Shown here: one piece after another, positions 47,835-60,494 of the stretch
Layout of the letters: each line of letters starts with the position of its first letter
Position numbering within the stretch: the stretch's first letter is position 1
Assembly (NCBI RefSeq): GCF_004010195.1
Contig: NC_057719.1
Span: 79,683,579-79,747,578, forward strand
DNA: 64,000 nt
Reading direction: 5' to 3'
DNA from: Chiloscyllium plagiosum
Taxonomy: Eukaryota
Notes under the pieces: generated by a model
The model's database searches: none
What the model was told of the DNA's origin: nothing
The model's input: the letters and a program-made list of their open reading frames with translations, nothing else
Position numbers and translations under genes: made by a program

Positions 47835-48660
47835 AATTGAGCAGAAGGAATATGCCATTCGGCCCCTTGAGGCTGCTCTGTCCTTGAGGTTATGTTTGAT
47901 CATCAAACACAAGGCCAAGTTACCGTACTACTACCACATCATTTGCTGTCAGTTCTGTCTTGAACATACTCAATGACTAGGTTTTCTCAGCCTTCGGAGG
48001 TAGAGGATTTCAAAGGTTCACTACCGTCTGCGTGAAGAAATTGCTCCTCAGTTCTTAATGGCCTGCCTCTTATCCTGTGACTGTGTTCTCTGGTTCTAGG
48101 TCCCTCCCCCAGCCTGATGGTACTATCCCTTCTGCATCTATTCTGTCCATCCATTTAAGAATTCTGTAACTTTCTAGTCACCTTCATTATCCTGTTTACC
48201 TGTGACTCCTTTCATTCGTCTAAACCCCAGACAATACAGGGCTGCTCGATCTCTCACCCAGGACAGTCCCACCATTACAGGAAACAGTCTGGTGAACTTG
48301 TCTCTTTGCCAAGTACTTCCCTCCCTTGGTAAGGCGACCGGAAGTGAACACAATAATCCAGGTGCAGCTTCATCAGAATTCTATACAATCGAAGCAAGAC
48401 TTCTTTACTCCTGTTCTCAAATCTCTTGCAATAAAGGCTAACATACCATTTACCTTCCAAATTGCCTGCAGGACCTGCACGCTATCTTTCCGTGACACCT
48501 CAATCCCCTTGGGCAACAACACTTCCCAATCCCCGATCATTTAAGAAGTACTCTATATCTTTCTTCCTCCTACCAAAATGGATGACTTCACCCAGTTCTA
48601 CATTATATCCGATCTGCCATGTACTCCTGCTTAGCCTGTCAAAATCTTCTTGTAACCTTG
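47835..48660 (-). mobile_element. Older CR1 3' fragment
   Basis: KRFENRSKEVLLRLYRILMKLHLDYCVHFRSPY. Confidence 0.8.
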
Positions 48661-48734
48661 GCACAATTCTGTCAAGAAAACTGCAAACCTGGAAATATTA
48701 CAACTGACCCTCGTACTCAAATCGTTGCGATACA

Positions 48735-49690
48735 GTCACAGAGTCATAGAGTCCAACAGCACAGAGACAGGCCATTGGCCCAAACTGGTCAATGCCAACC
48801 AAAATGTCCATCCACACCACCCCCATTTCCCTGCACTTGGCCCATATCATTCTAAACCTTTCCTATCCATGTATTTATCCAAATGTTTTTAAAATATTGT
48901 TAACATACCCGTCTCAATCACTTCCGCTGGCAGCTGATTCCATATGCGTACCACCCTCTTTATAAAAAAGTTGCCCCTCGGGTCCCCTTTTATTCTTTCC
49001 TCTCTAACCTTAAACTGATGCCCTCTAGTCCTTGATTCCCAAATCCTGGGAAAAAGACTGAGTGCATTCATTCTATCCATGCCTCTCATGATCTTATACA
49101 CCTCTATAAGATCGCCCCTCAGTCTCCTATGCTTGAAAGAAAAGCGTTCTCGCTATCCAACCTCTCCCTATATCTCAGACCCTTAAGTCCTGGCATTATC
49201 CTTATGTAAATTCCTTTCCAGTTTAATAACATCCTTCCTATAGCAAGGTGACCAAAACTGAACACTAGATTCCAAGTGCGGCCTTGCCAAAGTCCTGTAT
49301 AACTGCAACATAACTTCCCAACTTCTATACTCAAAGCTATGACTGATGAAGGCCAGTGTGCCAAAAGCTGCCTTCATAGCCCTTTCCAGCTGTGACTCCA
49401 CTTTCAGAGATACATGCACCTGAACTCCAAGGTCCTTCTGTTCCACTACCCTCCTTAAGGCCCTACCATTCACCATGAAACTCCTACCTTGATTTGACTT
49501 TTCAAAGTGCAAGATCTCCTAATTATCTATATTAAACTCCGTTTGCCATTTCTCACCCCACTTCCCCAACTGGTCAAGGTCCTGCTGCAGTTTCTGATAA
49601 CCTTCTTCACTCTCCATGATACCGCCTATGTTAGTGTCATCTGCAAACTTACTAACCAGTCCTCGTACATTCTCATACAAATCACTGATA
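48735..49690 (-). mobile_element. CR1 3' fragment, same subfamily as 39553-40555
   Basis: SKFADDTNIGG...HFEKSNQGRSFMVNGRALRRVVEQKDLGVQVH. Confidence 0.93.
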
Positions 49691-49692
49691 TA

Positions 49693-50312
49693 ACAACACC
49701 TCATCTTCAGGCTAGGCACTTTACAGCCTTCTGGGCTCAATATTAAATTCAACGCATTCAAATGGTGAACACACTCCCATTCCTTCTCTCTCTTTTAGCT
49801 TTCCTTAGCTCACCATGTCCTCTCTCCCCTGCCCCTACCCCAATGGGACTATCTGTTCGTTCCAGTCTTGTGGTGAGGCATACCATTCTCACATTCCAAT
49901 CACTTTATCTAAACTATCAACATCTTTTCTCTCCCCAGCACTCTGCCGTCCCACCCCACTCCAACCAACTATTGCATACATTCTGCCCCCTCCACACTTC
50001 ACTTGTTAGAGACAAAATAAAACCTGCAGATGCTGGAATCCAAAGTTGACAGGCAGGAGGCTGAAAGAGCACAGCAAGCCAGGCAGCATCAGGAGGTGGG
50101 GAAGTCAATATTTCAGGTATAACCCTTCTTCAGGAAATTGGCTTGCTGTGTTCTTCCAGCATCCTGCTTGTTTATCCTCCACACTTCATATTAGCTCTGA
50201 CCAAGAGTCATCTCGACTCGAAATGTTAGCTTGCTTTCTCTCCATGGATGCTGCCTGACCCGCTGTATTTTTTATTTTCAGTACAGATTCCAGTATCTGC
50301 AATAATTTGCTC
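49693..50312 (+). mobile_element. Penelope 3' end with a second inverted pLTR pair (50002-50175) nested inside
   Basis: QHLIFRLGTLQPSGLNIKFN; decayed core ctgaccaagagtc..gactcgaaa; inner insert flanked by cctccacacttca at 49989-50001 and 50176-50188. Confidence 0.82.
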
Positions 50313-50423
50313 GGACAACGTTCAGGAAGCTTGACACCATCTGGAACAAAGCAGGAGGACACCACATACCACGGGTGCCCATATATGTCCACCAGTGCTC
50401 AGTAGCAGCAGTGTGGAGCCTTC

Positions 50424-50718
50424 TAGATTCTCTACAGTGTGGAAACAGGCCCTTCAGCCCAACAAATCCACACCGACCCAATGAAGAGCAACCCACCCAG
50501 ACCTATTTACCCCTGACTAATGTATCTAACACTATGGACAATTTAGCATGGCCAATTCACCTAACCTGCACATCATCAGATTGGGGGAGGAAACCAGAGC
50601 ACCCGGAGGAAACCCACGCAGACACTGGGAGAATGTGCAAACTCCACACAGATGGGTGGGAATCGAACCCAGGACCCTGGTGCTATGAGGCAGCAGTGCT
50701 AACCACTGAGCCACCGTG
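50424..50718 (-). mobile_element. HE1 SINE inserted in a LINE fragment
   Basis: Reverse HE1; the flanks at 50313-50420 and 50720-50790 are continuous LINE sequence. Confidence 0.9.
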
Positions 50719-51844
50719 TTCTACAGACCTCATTGCAGAAATTTATCAAGGCTCCTTTGGCAGCACCTTCCAAACCCATGACCTACATGCCATGATTGAA
50801 TGAAAAACATTTTACCTAATGAAACAATTACTTTCTAACAATCTTAATATAATGTTCTATATATTTAGAAATCTGCATTCTAAATATCATCTTATCGTTT
50901 ACAATATATTCTAAAATTTTCCATATTATAGCCATAGGGTTGACAGGTCTGCTGTACACACTTTCTATCTGACTTTTTTTCTTACACAGTGGGGTTACTT
51001 TTGTAACTTTACAATCTGCATTGCAGAACTAATGGAATTTTGAAAGAAGGTTACTACTGTGTTCATTATAGTTGCATTTCCTACGTTGTAGCAGGCTATT
51101 GTCATAGATTAAAAAGCTCGTGAAAGGCTCCATAGTTTGTTCTTTCTTCCTTGTTTGTCTAGCGACTGACTGCGGTTCCTGTGGACGTTTTACGTGTCTC
51201 GCTGGTTAAATTACAGGGACATAACAGTTGCAATTGTTGGTGCAGGTCACGAAAAGCCCTTCACATCTGACGAGCATTTGGTAGTGTGTGAAAATCCCCA
51301 AACAGCAACCACACGATAAAAAAGATCTGATTAGATGTACGACAAACAACCACGAACACCAGTGGCTATGACAAAAGTTAAAGCAAAGTCAAACAGCTGC
51401 ATTACTAGAAACATTAGAAAAAAATTGACATCAAGCTGATGCTGAACTCGGGAAGGTTCATAAAATCTTACAGCATAGAATGAGGCTAGAGATTAATTTA
51501 TAAACCCTGAAGGTTCATGGGTATTCCTAACTCCCAGAATCCAGTGCACGGAGAGGCAATTCTGTCTCTTTCTCTGTCCACCCCTTCTGACAATGGTGCT
51601 TCAGAAAGGGCCTGTGCTAAGATTTAGGATGAGACACTGGCGGGCTATTCAGCCACAGTAGGAATCACTGTCACTCCTAACCAAACCCGATAGCCACTTT
51701 TTAAGTGGCTGTCACTGCACTGATATCAGTGGTATGACCCACACCCCATCCAAAAAGGAAGGCTTGCATTTATATAGCATCTTTCACAATCAGTTCTCCC
51801 CCAAAGGCCTTCCCAGCCAATGAAATGCTTTTAAACTCCAGCCA

Positions 51845-52177
51845 TAGAGTAGAATATCTACAGTGCGGAAATAGGCCATTTGGCCCAACAAGTTCACACC
51901 AACCCTCTGAAGAGTATCCCATCCAGACCCATTCTTACTCTGCATCTCCCCTGACTAATGCACCTACACAGCCCTGGATACTATGGGCATTTTAGCATGG
52001 CCAATTCACCTAAGCTGCACATCTTTGGATTGTGGGAGGAAACCACAGCACCCAAAGGAAACCCACGCAGACACAGGAAGAGCGTGCAAACTCCACACAG
52101 GCTGTGGCCCAAGGTTGGAATCAAACCCAGGTCCCTGGGGTTGTGAAGCAGCAGTGCTAACCACTGAGCCACTGTGC
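51845..52177 (-). mobile_element. HE1 SINE
   Basis: Reverse tRNA head and V domain. Confidence 0.9.
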
Positions 52178-52214
52178 TGGTCTACATGACAGGAAAACAA
52201 ACATCACATCTCTA

Positions 52215-53050
52215 AAACATCTCTGCAGGAGTTCCTCAGGGTAGTGTCCGTGGCCCAACCATCTTCAGCTGCTTCATCAACGACTTTCCCTCAACCATAG
52301 GGTCAGATGGGGATGTTTGCTGATGACTGCACAGTGTTCAGCACTATCCGCAACTCCTCAGATATTGAAGAGGCCACGTCCAGATACAGCAAGACTTGGA
52401 CTACATCCAGCTTTAGGCTGAAAAGTAACAAGTTAAATTTGTGCCACACAAATGCCAAGCAATGACCATCTCCAACAAGAGAGAATTTAACCATTGCCCC
52501 TTGACATTCATTGCCACAACCAACAACAAGTCTCCCAGGATCAATGTCTTGCAGGTTATCATTGAGCAATATAGACCCATGGTTAGAAAAGCAAGTCAAA
52601 GGTTAGAAATCTTTCATTGTATACCTCACCTCCTGATTCCCTAAAGCCTGTCCACCATCTACAAGTCACAAGTAATGGAACATTTCCCACTTGCTTGGAT
52701 GGGTACAGCTCCAACAACACTCAAGGAACCTGTTACCATCCAGGACAAGGCAGCTCGCCTGATATGTACAACATCCACAAACATTCACTCCTTCCACCAT
52801 TGATGCTCAGTAGCAGCAGTAGTATCTATAAAATGCACTGCAGAAATTCACCAAGGCTCCTTGGAAAGCACCTTCCAAACCCACAGCCACCACCATCTAG
52901 AAGGGCAACAGATACATGGGAACATTATCACTTGCAACTTCCCCTCCAAATTCACCAACCTCTCTAACAATATTGGTGTCTACATACAGCAAGTAGACCA
53001 CAGCAGTTCAAAAAGGCAGCTCACCACTACCTTCTCAAGGGCAACTAGGG
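52215..53050 (+). mobile_element. CR1/L2-group LINE (second family), RT to 3' region
   Basis: SAGVPQGSVRGPTIFSCFINDFP...GMFADDCTVF...PHKCQAMTISNKR. Confidence 0.88.
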
Positions 53051-53904
53051 AACCACAGACGCCTCAATCCTGCAATCTCTTCATGCTGCTTTAAGCCATC
53101 AGGAATGTTTCTGCAAAAAGAAGACAAAGAGGGATTGAGCACAGCAAGACGGAAATAGCATTGTAAGCAGCCATCTTCAGAATCACGGAGCCATTCCTTT
53201 CCAAATTGGCTCAGTCTGGGATTATGTGCATATTATAATTGAGCTTGGTGACCTTTGACTTCTTGTATCCTTTTACCGTTGCCATATCCTTGACAAAGAC
53301 ACACCTGGCGCGATGAGGTGAGCAACCAGATAAAAGCTGGCCGCTTGTTTCAAGACAGACTGCGGAGGAAATACTCCAGATTGTAATCTGTGCTATTGAA
53401 ATAAGGCAGAAGTGGTAGTTTACAGACACGCACCTTCACAGCTCCTTGTAAACACAACTTGCAGAACACAACACCCTTGTCTTGGCACTGAGTGTGGCAC
53501 AATCAATGCTGACAATGTATTTTGGAAACAATCCCTGGGTTTAATTAGAATATAGGGAGAGATCTCAGCCAACCACTTGTTCAAATTTGTTCTGCTATTC
53601 AACTAGATCATGGTTGGCCCCTACTATGGCTCCAGTTAGCTGCGGTTGTCCCTGTCTTGAGACCTTCCCCCACCTGCAATAAAATATCTACCAATCTCAA
53701 TTTTAAAATGTCAATTGACCACCAGTTTCCACTTCCCAGAATTCCTGATTTTTACCTCCCTTGGCATGGAAAGTGAACACAATACGTTATAATGTTTCTG
53801 TCCTCATAACTGTCCAGTTGACCCTGGATGTGCCTCCAAATCTGGAAAAGAAGGCAGCCATTTTGGAATTCTTCATCTCTTGTCCGCATTTTGAAAACCA
53901 CTTT

Positions 53905-54500
53905 TTAAAAATTCACTCATGGGACATGGACATCGCTGACTGGCCAGTATTTTTAATTGTCGGTCCCTAATTGCCTTTAAGAAGGTGGTGCTGAGCTGCC
54001 TTTTTGAACTGCTGTAGTATGTAGACCCAGTGTTGTTAGAGAGGGAGTTCCAGGTTTTTGATCCAGCGACACTGAAGAAACAGCGACGTATTTCCAATTC
54101 AGAATGGCGAATGGCTTGGAAGGGAACTTAAGGCAGTATTGTTCCCATGTATGTGCTGTCATTGTCCTTCTAGATGGAATGGCGCCTGGGTTAGAAAAGT
54201 GCATTCTAAGGAACTGGTGAAATGCTGCAGTGCATCTTGAAGATAGTACATATTGTTGCTACTGGGAGTCAATGGTGGAGGGAGTGGATGCTTGTGGATG
54301 TGGTGCCAATCAAGAGGGCTGCTTTGCCCTAGATGGTGTCAAACCTCTTGAGTGTTTTGGAGCTGAACTCATCCAGGCAAGTGGGGACTATTCCAACTCT
54401 TTCCTGACTTGTGCTTTGTAGATGATGGACAGGCTTCAGGGAGTCAAGACATGATGGCCTCTGCAGTATTCTTAGCCTCTGACCTGCTGTTGTAATAGGT
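53905..54500 (-). mobile_element. CR1/L2-group LINE (second family) 3' fragment
   Basis: Homologous to 15705-16470; attcactcatggga tail. Confidence 0.8.
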
Positions 54501-55833
54501 TATGAACAACGTTGTCAGTGGAGGAACCTCCACAAAAGCTAAGACCAGCAGGGCAGTGTCATAGCGCCAGGCATGCCAGAGAGTTTGAGGTAAATCTAAG
54601 TCACACCAACCTAAGGTTGGAAAGGCCATTTGATGGGAAGAGTGCACTGGAGGTGATTCTGCGATCTGCAGAGGGCAAGGCGCTGAGGTGAAATGGGTAG
54701 GAGATAGTGCAGTGGGTTTTGATTTCAGGGGAAAGAACTGTGCAATGGCAAAAGGGCTCATGGAGAGGCTGGGTGCGAACAATTAAGAAAACCAAGTGCA
54801 GGGTGACCATAAGGAGCATGAGAAGAAGAGAGACATTGATGTTATCAACAATCACCCTGGCCATCACCTCAAGGTCATGTCCACAAGGTCAGCCATCTGG
54901 AATTTAGAGAATATGAGTTCCCAATTAGGGCTGTTATTCTGGTCTAATCAAGGAGCCCTGGCTGACAGATTAAAACGATTGAGTGTCAGAAATACCAACA
55001 CAGTGGTGACTGACTCTGTATGAGGCTGTACTACAGTCAAGGATGGCTCATATGATGACTCTGTGGAGTTGCTTCGGACACCACCTTCACCAACTTTCAC
55101 CTTTACCGTTGCCAATTTGGATTCAAATGACAAACCCTTCCCGAGACCCCTAAAGAATTAAAAGGGTGACTTTTAAGGAAGTGAATGTGCAGCACATCAT
55201 AAGACTATTGTTGCTGGAGCTATAGTAATCCAGCAGTTTGGGTAAACCCATTAAAAAGGAAGAGGTCAAACTCCACTGGTGAGGTTTGAGAATTGGAATT
55301 TGGGTTTTCAGCAGAAAGACAAGTGACAGTGACCTTTAAGGGACACAACTTGCCATTTCTCTCTCAGTCTTGGCCTCTAAACAGGCCTATTGGTGGCCGA
55401 TTCTTTACCCATAATTCAGTGCTGCTCGGGGATACAGGCAGCAAATGCTGGCTTCGCCTCTGACGCCCACATTCTGAGAATGAAACAGAAAAACAGCAGA
55501 CTAGCCTAACAAAAGATCAGACTCTGTTGCTCCGTGTATTTTCTTTCTGACTAACACCGTGACCCTCCCCCCAGAACCAACCAACCAACCAACCCTCCCC
55601 AACCTTAAGCAATCCACCCCACCCCCGCCCAGTGACATGATTTCCTGCTGATTCAGGCACACAGAGGCTGGCCTGAGTCCAGCCTGAAGCACAAAGAACG
55701 CACTTAATCACGAAGATGGTTCAGATCAGCCCACAAGGACTACTTGTTGTGGTTCATTGTGGAGAATTTCAGTTGAGCTGAATGCTGCTACAGGGCAAAG
55801 AAACTTAACTCTTTCTGACCAACTTCACATTGC

Positions 55834-55930
55834 AACACACACACACTCACAGAGAGACACATACACTCACACACCCACACATACACACACACAGATATAC
55901 ACCCACACACATACACACAGACACGCGCGG
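55834..55930. repeat. (CA)n-rich microsatellite
   Basis: Read directly from the sequence. Confidence 0.9.
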
Positions 55931-56290
55931 GAGAGAATTTGAGAATGTGCAAAAGGCCATAAGTTGAGGTGGACAGATGCCTCAGAAAGTTATGAGGCTG
56001 GAGGAGGTTACAGGGATTGATGTGACCAAGAGGTTTGAAGCCATAGATGGGGGTTTTAAAATCTAGGCATTGTTAGGGGGTAAAGAATGTTGGTGAACAA
56101 TAATTGAAATGGTAGATGATCAGGATTTGGGGTGAGTTAGGACACAGGAAGTAACATTTTGGAGGAGATCAAGTTTAAGGAGGGAAGGAGCCAAAAGCAC
56201 TGGAATAGTCAAAGCTAGATGCAGCAGATGAACTGAGACAGGGCAGAGAGGGTGGTGTAGTGGAGGTGAAACTAGGCAACCCTGATAATT

Positions 56291-56625
56291 GAAAGTTAAA
56301 AATCACACAACACCAGTTTATAGTCCAACAGGCTTATTTGGAAGCACTAGCTTTCGGAGCGCTGCTGCTTTGTCAGGTAGCAAATGGTGCAGGAGTATAG
56401 GACACAGAAATCCCAGAACTTCTTTCAAGTCACATTCCCAAGATAACTTAAGGTTTTAAAAAAAAAGACATCTCAGCTCAGACACTCTCTCTCACACACG
56501 CGCGCGCATACACACACATACACACATGCACAGACACACACACAAGCACATACAGAAACACACAGACACAGACACACACACACAGACCCAAACACGCACA
56601 CACACAGACACACACCCACACTCAA
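56291..56625 (-). mobile_element. Penelope family B 3' end, followed by a (CA)n tract at 56483-56622
   Basis: aaatcacacaacaccag...cactagctttcggagcgctgc; tttcaagtcac...agataacttaaggtt matches 36355-36390. Confidence 0.8.
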
Positions 56626-56899
56626 ATTTCAAAGTGTTTCTCTTGTTTTCAGATCACTTCCTGACCCTCCCCATTTCTGTCACCTCCAAGAGATCTACAA
56701 CTTCCTGAAAACTCTCCGACTGCGGCGACACTCACTCGATCACTGGTGACTGCACCTTCAGCCGTCTATAAGTCCTGAATTCTGGCCTTCGTATAGAACT
56801 CCCTCTATGAACAACTGTTTGGTCAGCTGTCCCAATGCCTGCTCACTGTGTCAGGGATTTGTCCGTTTATGCTCCTGTGAAGTGTCTAGGTCAGAGAAT

Positions 56900-57085
56900 C
56901 AGAGTGATAGGGTCATACGGAAACAGACCCTTCGGTCGAATCAGTCCATGTCAATCCCAAACTAAACCTAGTCCCACCTGCCTGTTCCTGGCCCATATCC
57001 CTCCAAACCTTTCCTATTCATGCATCTACCCAAATGTCTTCTAAACATTGTAATTGCATCCACCAATTTCTCAGGAAGTTCCTTT
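56900..57085 (-). mobile_element. CR1 3' tail fragment
   Basis: ggaaacagacccttcggtcgaa...ggcccatatccctccaaacctttcctattcat. Confidence 0.8.
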
Positions 57086-57099
57086 ATATGTTCGCATAG

Positions 57100-58072
57100 T
57101 GTTTATTCATTCATAGGAAGTGGACTGTGCCAGCATTTATTGCCCTGATAGCCCACTAAAGTAGCTTTTTAGGGCCATTTCAAAGGGCGATTAAGAGTCA
57201 TCGATCTTGCTGTAGACCCAAAGTTACATGCTGAGGGTCTGGAGTCACATGTAGGCCAGACAGATAAGAATGCCAGCATTCATAGCATCCCTACTGTGCA
57301 GAAAGACTCCATTCGGCCCATTCAGTCTTAACCAACTCTTCAAAGAGCAGCCCACCCAGACCCCCACCTAACCTGCACATTGTTGGACTATGGGATGAAA
57401 CCCACACAGACAAGGGGAGAATGTGCAAACTCCACGCAGATAGTCATTGAGTCATAGAGATGTACAGCATAGAAACAGACCCTTCGGTCTAACTCATCCA
57501 TTCCGACCAGATATCCCAACGTAATCTGGTCCCACTTGCCAGAACCCAGCCCATATTCCTCCAAATCCTTCCAATTCATCTACCCATCCAGATGCCTTTT
57601 AAATGTTGCAATTGTACCAGCCTCCACCACTTCCTCTGGCAGCTCATTCCATACACAAGACCGTTGCCCCATAGGTCTCTTTTATATCTTTCCCCTCTCA
57701 CCCTAAACCTATGCCCTCTAGTTCTGGACTCCTCACCCCAGGGAAAAGACATTGCCTATTTATCCTATCCATGCTCTAACCAATGAAGGAAAGTATACCA
57801 AATGCCTTCTTCACTATCCTATCTACCTGTGACTTTACTTTTAAGGAGCTATGAACCTGCACTCCAAGGTCTCTTTGTTCAGCAACACTCCCTGGGACCT
57901 TACCATTAAGTGTATAAGTCCTGCTAAGATTTGCTTTCCCATTTCAACCCATGTGCCTAGTGCTGTGAGGTAGCAGTGCTGGCCACTGCTGCCCAGTTCC
58001 TTCCCTAAAACGTGTTTGTGAATCAGATGTTTTATTTAAACAATTGACATGGCTGCCATTAGACTAGCTTTT
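57100..58072 (-). mobile_element. Nested SINE > HE1 > CR1: host SINE 57100-57280 and 57990-58072; HE1 57280-57445 and 57945-57990; CR1 57446-57942
   Basis: Each outer element resumes after the inner one; the host SINE continues at 60495-60660. Confidence 0.78.
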
Positions 58073-60494
58073 TAAAAAAATATATACTTTTTATTGAAAA
58101 ATAGATTTTTAATATTACAACAAATACAAAGCAATTCAAAACAATACAAAGAAAGTACACCAAAAAAAATTTTTTTAACCTAAACCGCCCTCATGTACAA
58201 ATGTAGAAATAAGTACAAAAAACTAACAACAAACTAATAAATAAAACTAATACAGCTCAGCCAAACAAAAGACTAATTTTCGAATATTGAGAGCATTACT
58301 TTTCATATATGCACACGTTTGCATTTCCCCCTCTCTGTACATTGGACTCGTAAAGCACAATTGTTATGGTTATATAAAAGCCTTTATTAGGGTGTCAGAC
58401 AAATCTATGTCCAGGTAATCCAAAAAGGGCCACTATGTCTTATAGAAATTCTCAGTTTTGTGGACTACCACACTTATATGAAAATCCAAGGGGCATGTTC
58501 TATAACAATCTTACGTCAACCCAAAAGGCCAAGGGGATTTTCAGATACTCAACCTAACAAGATATTCTTTCTTGCGTAGAAAGTGAGGATGTTGAAAAGC
58601 TTTTTTTCTTATATGCATCTACAGGGAAAACACTGGGCAGGCCAAGAAGAAGAGAGATTGGGTCCTTCTCCATCCTTACACCAAAAACCCCCTCCATTGC
58701 ACCAGCCACAGTGCTTCAGTATGTTTGAGGCCTACCACAGGACCAGAGACAATGGGTAAGTGTGCCCATATTAACTTTATACTTGGGGCATGTTGAAATA
58801 CTCCTGGTTTAAATTTTGACAAACTATCCGGAGCCAAATGGACCCTGTGGAGAATCTTCAAATGTAAAGCATGGGTCCTATTACAAATTGATATCTTTTT
58901 TGCACTTTCCCCAAATATCTTCCCATACCTCTAAGGAGACCTCAACGCCTAGCTCTCTCCCCCACACCCTGCAGAGTCAATCAAACTCATCTGAGGGGCT
59001 GTCCCCCAAATGATGATATACGGTACTGACAGAAAGTGTACTCTTAACACTGAGCACCCTCCCCCCTATGTCGGATGTGTAGAGATCAGTCAAAAGTATG
59101 GTCTTTTTTTTGAATAAAATCCCTAACTTAAAAAAAATGTAAGAGGTCCCTGCTAGATAGTTCATATTTCCACGCTAACTGACCAAAAGACATCATTTTG
59201 CCTTCCTCAAGTAAATCACGCATGCAAGACACCCCTAGCTGCCCAATGTTTAAATCCTGAATACCCACAAAAGGTGGAAGAAAAGATGTTTTGTCAATAT
59301 TGTCTTCCCTCTGCCAAATTGCCCTCCATGCTTTAACAGTATTGATAACTATTTACGGCAATATTCCTTAACTGTCCTCATTTTGTCCAAAAACAGCAAA
59401 CTAGTAATGGGGCACTTTGCCTGAGAAATTTCGATATCCAATTGTAATGAAAAAGGGTCCCCACAAGCCCAATCATTCACGTAAGATAAAAACGAGCTCA
59501 GTTGATAGTTTTTAATGTCCGGGAGATCCACTCCCCCCAATCTGTGAGGCAGTTACAGTTTAGCTAATTTAATAAGGGGCCGCTTACGATGCCAAATAAA
59601 AGAGCTGAACCGTCGTTCAGACTCCTGAACGTTTGCTTATCGAAAATCAGGGGGGAGCATCCATAAAGGATACAAGAAACGGGGGAGAATATTCCTCTTA
59701 ATAAGCGTTATCCGACCTAACCATGAGACCGGAAAGCATTTCCCATCTTCAAAGGTCTTGTTTCATTTTGTCGAATAATTGAACAAAATTGGCTTGGAAC
59801 AGCCGATCAAGAACTGGAGTGATTAATATGCCCGAATACATAAACCCCTACCTCCCCCGATGACCACTTAAAAGGGAATTGTGATTCGGCCTCAAAACCA
59901 CCCATAGGCATAGCCTGTGATTGTACAAAATTAATCTTGTACCCCGAAAAAGTGCCAAGCGAGCTGATGCATTGTATTACGCGAGGCACCGAAATGGCTG
60001 GATTTGACAAAAAAATGAGGACTTCGTCCGTGTACAACGAAATCTTATGCAATTTTAACCCCACTTCTGGAGCCAATATATTGGGATTCCTATGAATGAA
60101 TGGCCTCCGCCAATGGTTCAATCACCAATGTAAACAATTATGGCAAAAGGGGACAGCCCTTGAGAAAAGACTCTTGTTCGAGGGTCACACCCGCGAGCTC
60201 CAGATCATTGAAAGAGAACTCCATCTTGGTCCGTCCTTCCTCACAACCCTCAGATTGGTGTAATTCAGAGTAAAATCTCTGGAATGCTGCATTAATTTTG
60301 TTGGAACCACATGTTAGGTTTCCAGACCCTTCCCTAATCGATCTAATGGCTTGTTGTGGGGCACTATTTTTCCTGGTGAGATACACATGGTACTTTGTCA
60401 CCGTGATTATATAACCTTTGTTTTGCAAAAGTAAACTTCTTCTTTGCTGTCTGCGTGAGCACGCAATTCAATGCAGGCCACAGCACCGTAAACC
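58073..60494 (-). mobile_element. 5'-truncated L1-clade LINE with internal deletion; TSD
   Basis: KGCPLLP, HKISLYTDEVLIFL, FSGYKINF, GGVDLPDIKNY, KILHRVHLAP; reverse polyA signal tttatt near 58089; tagactagctttt at 58060-58072 and 60495-60507. Confidence 0.92.
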
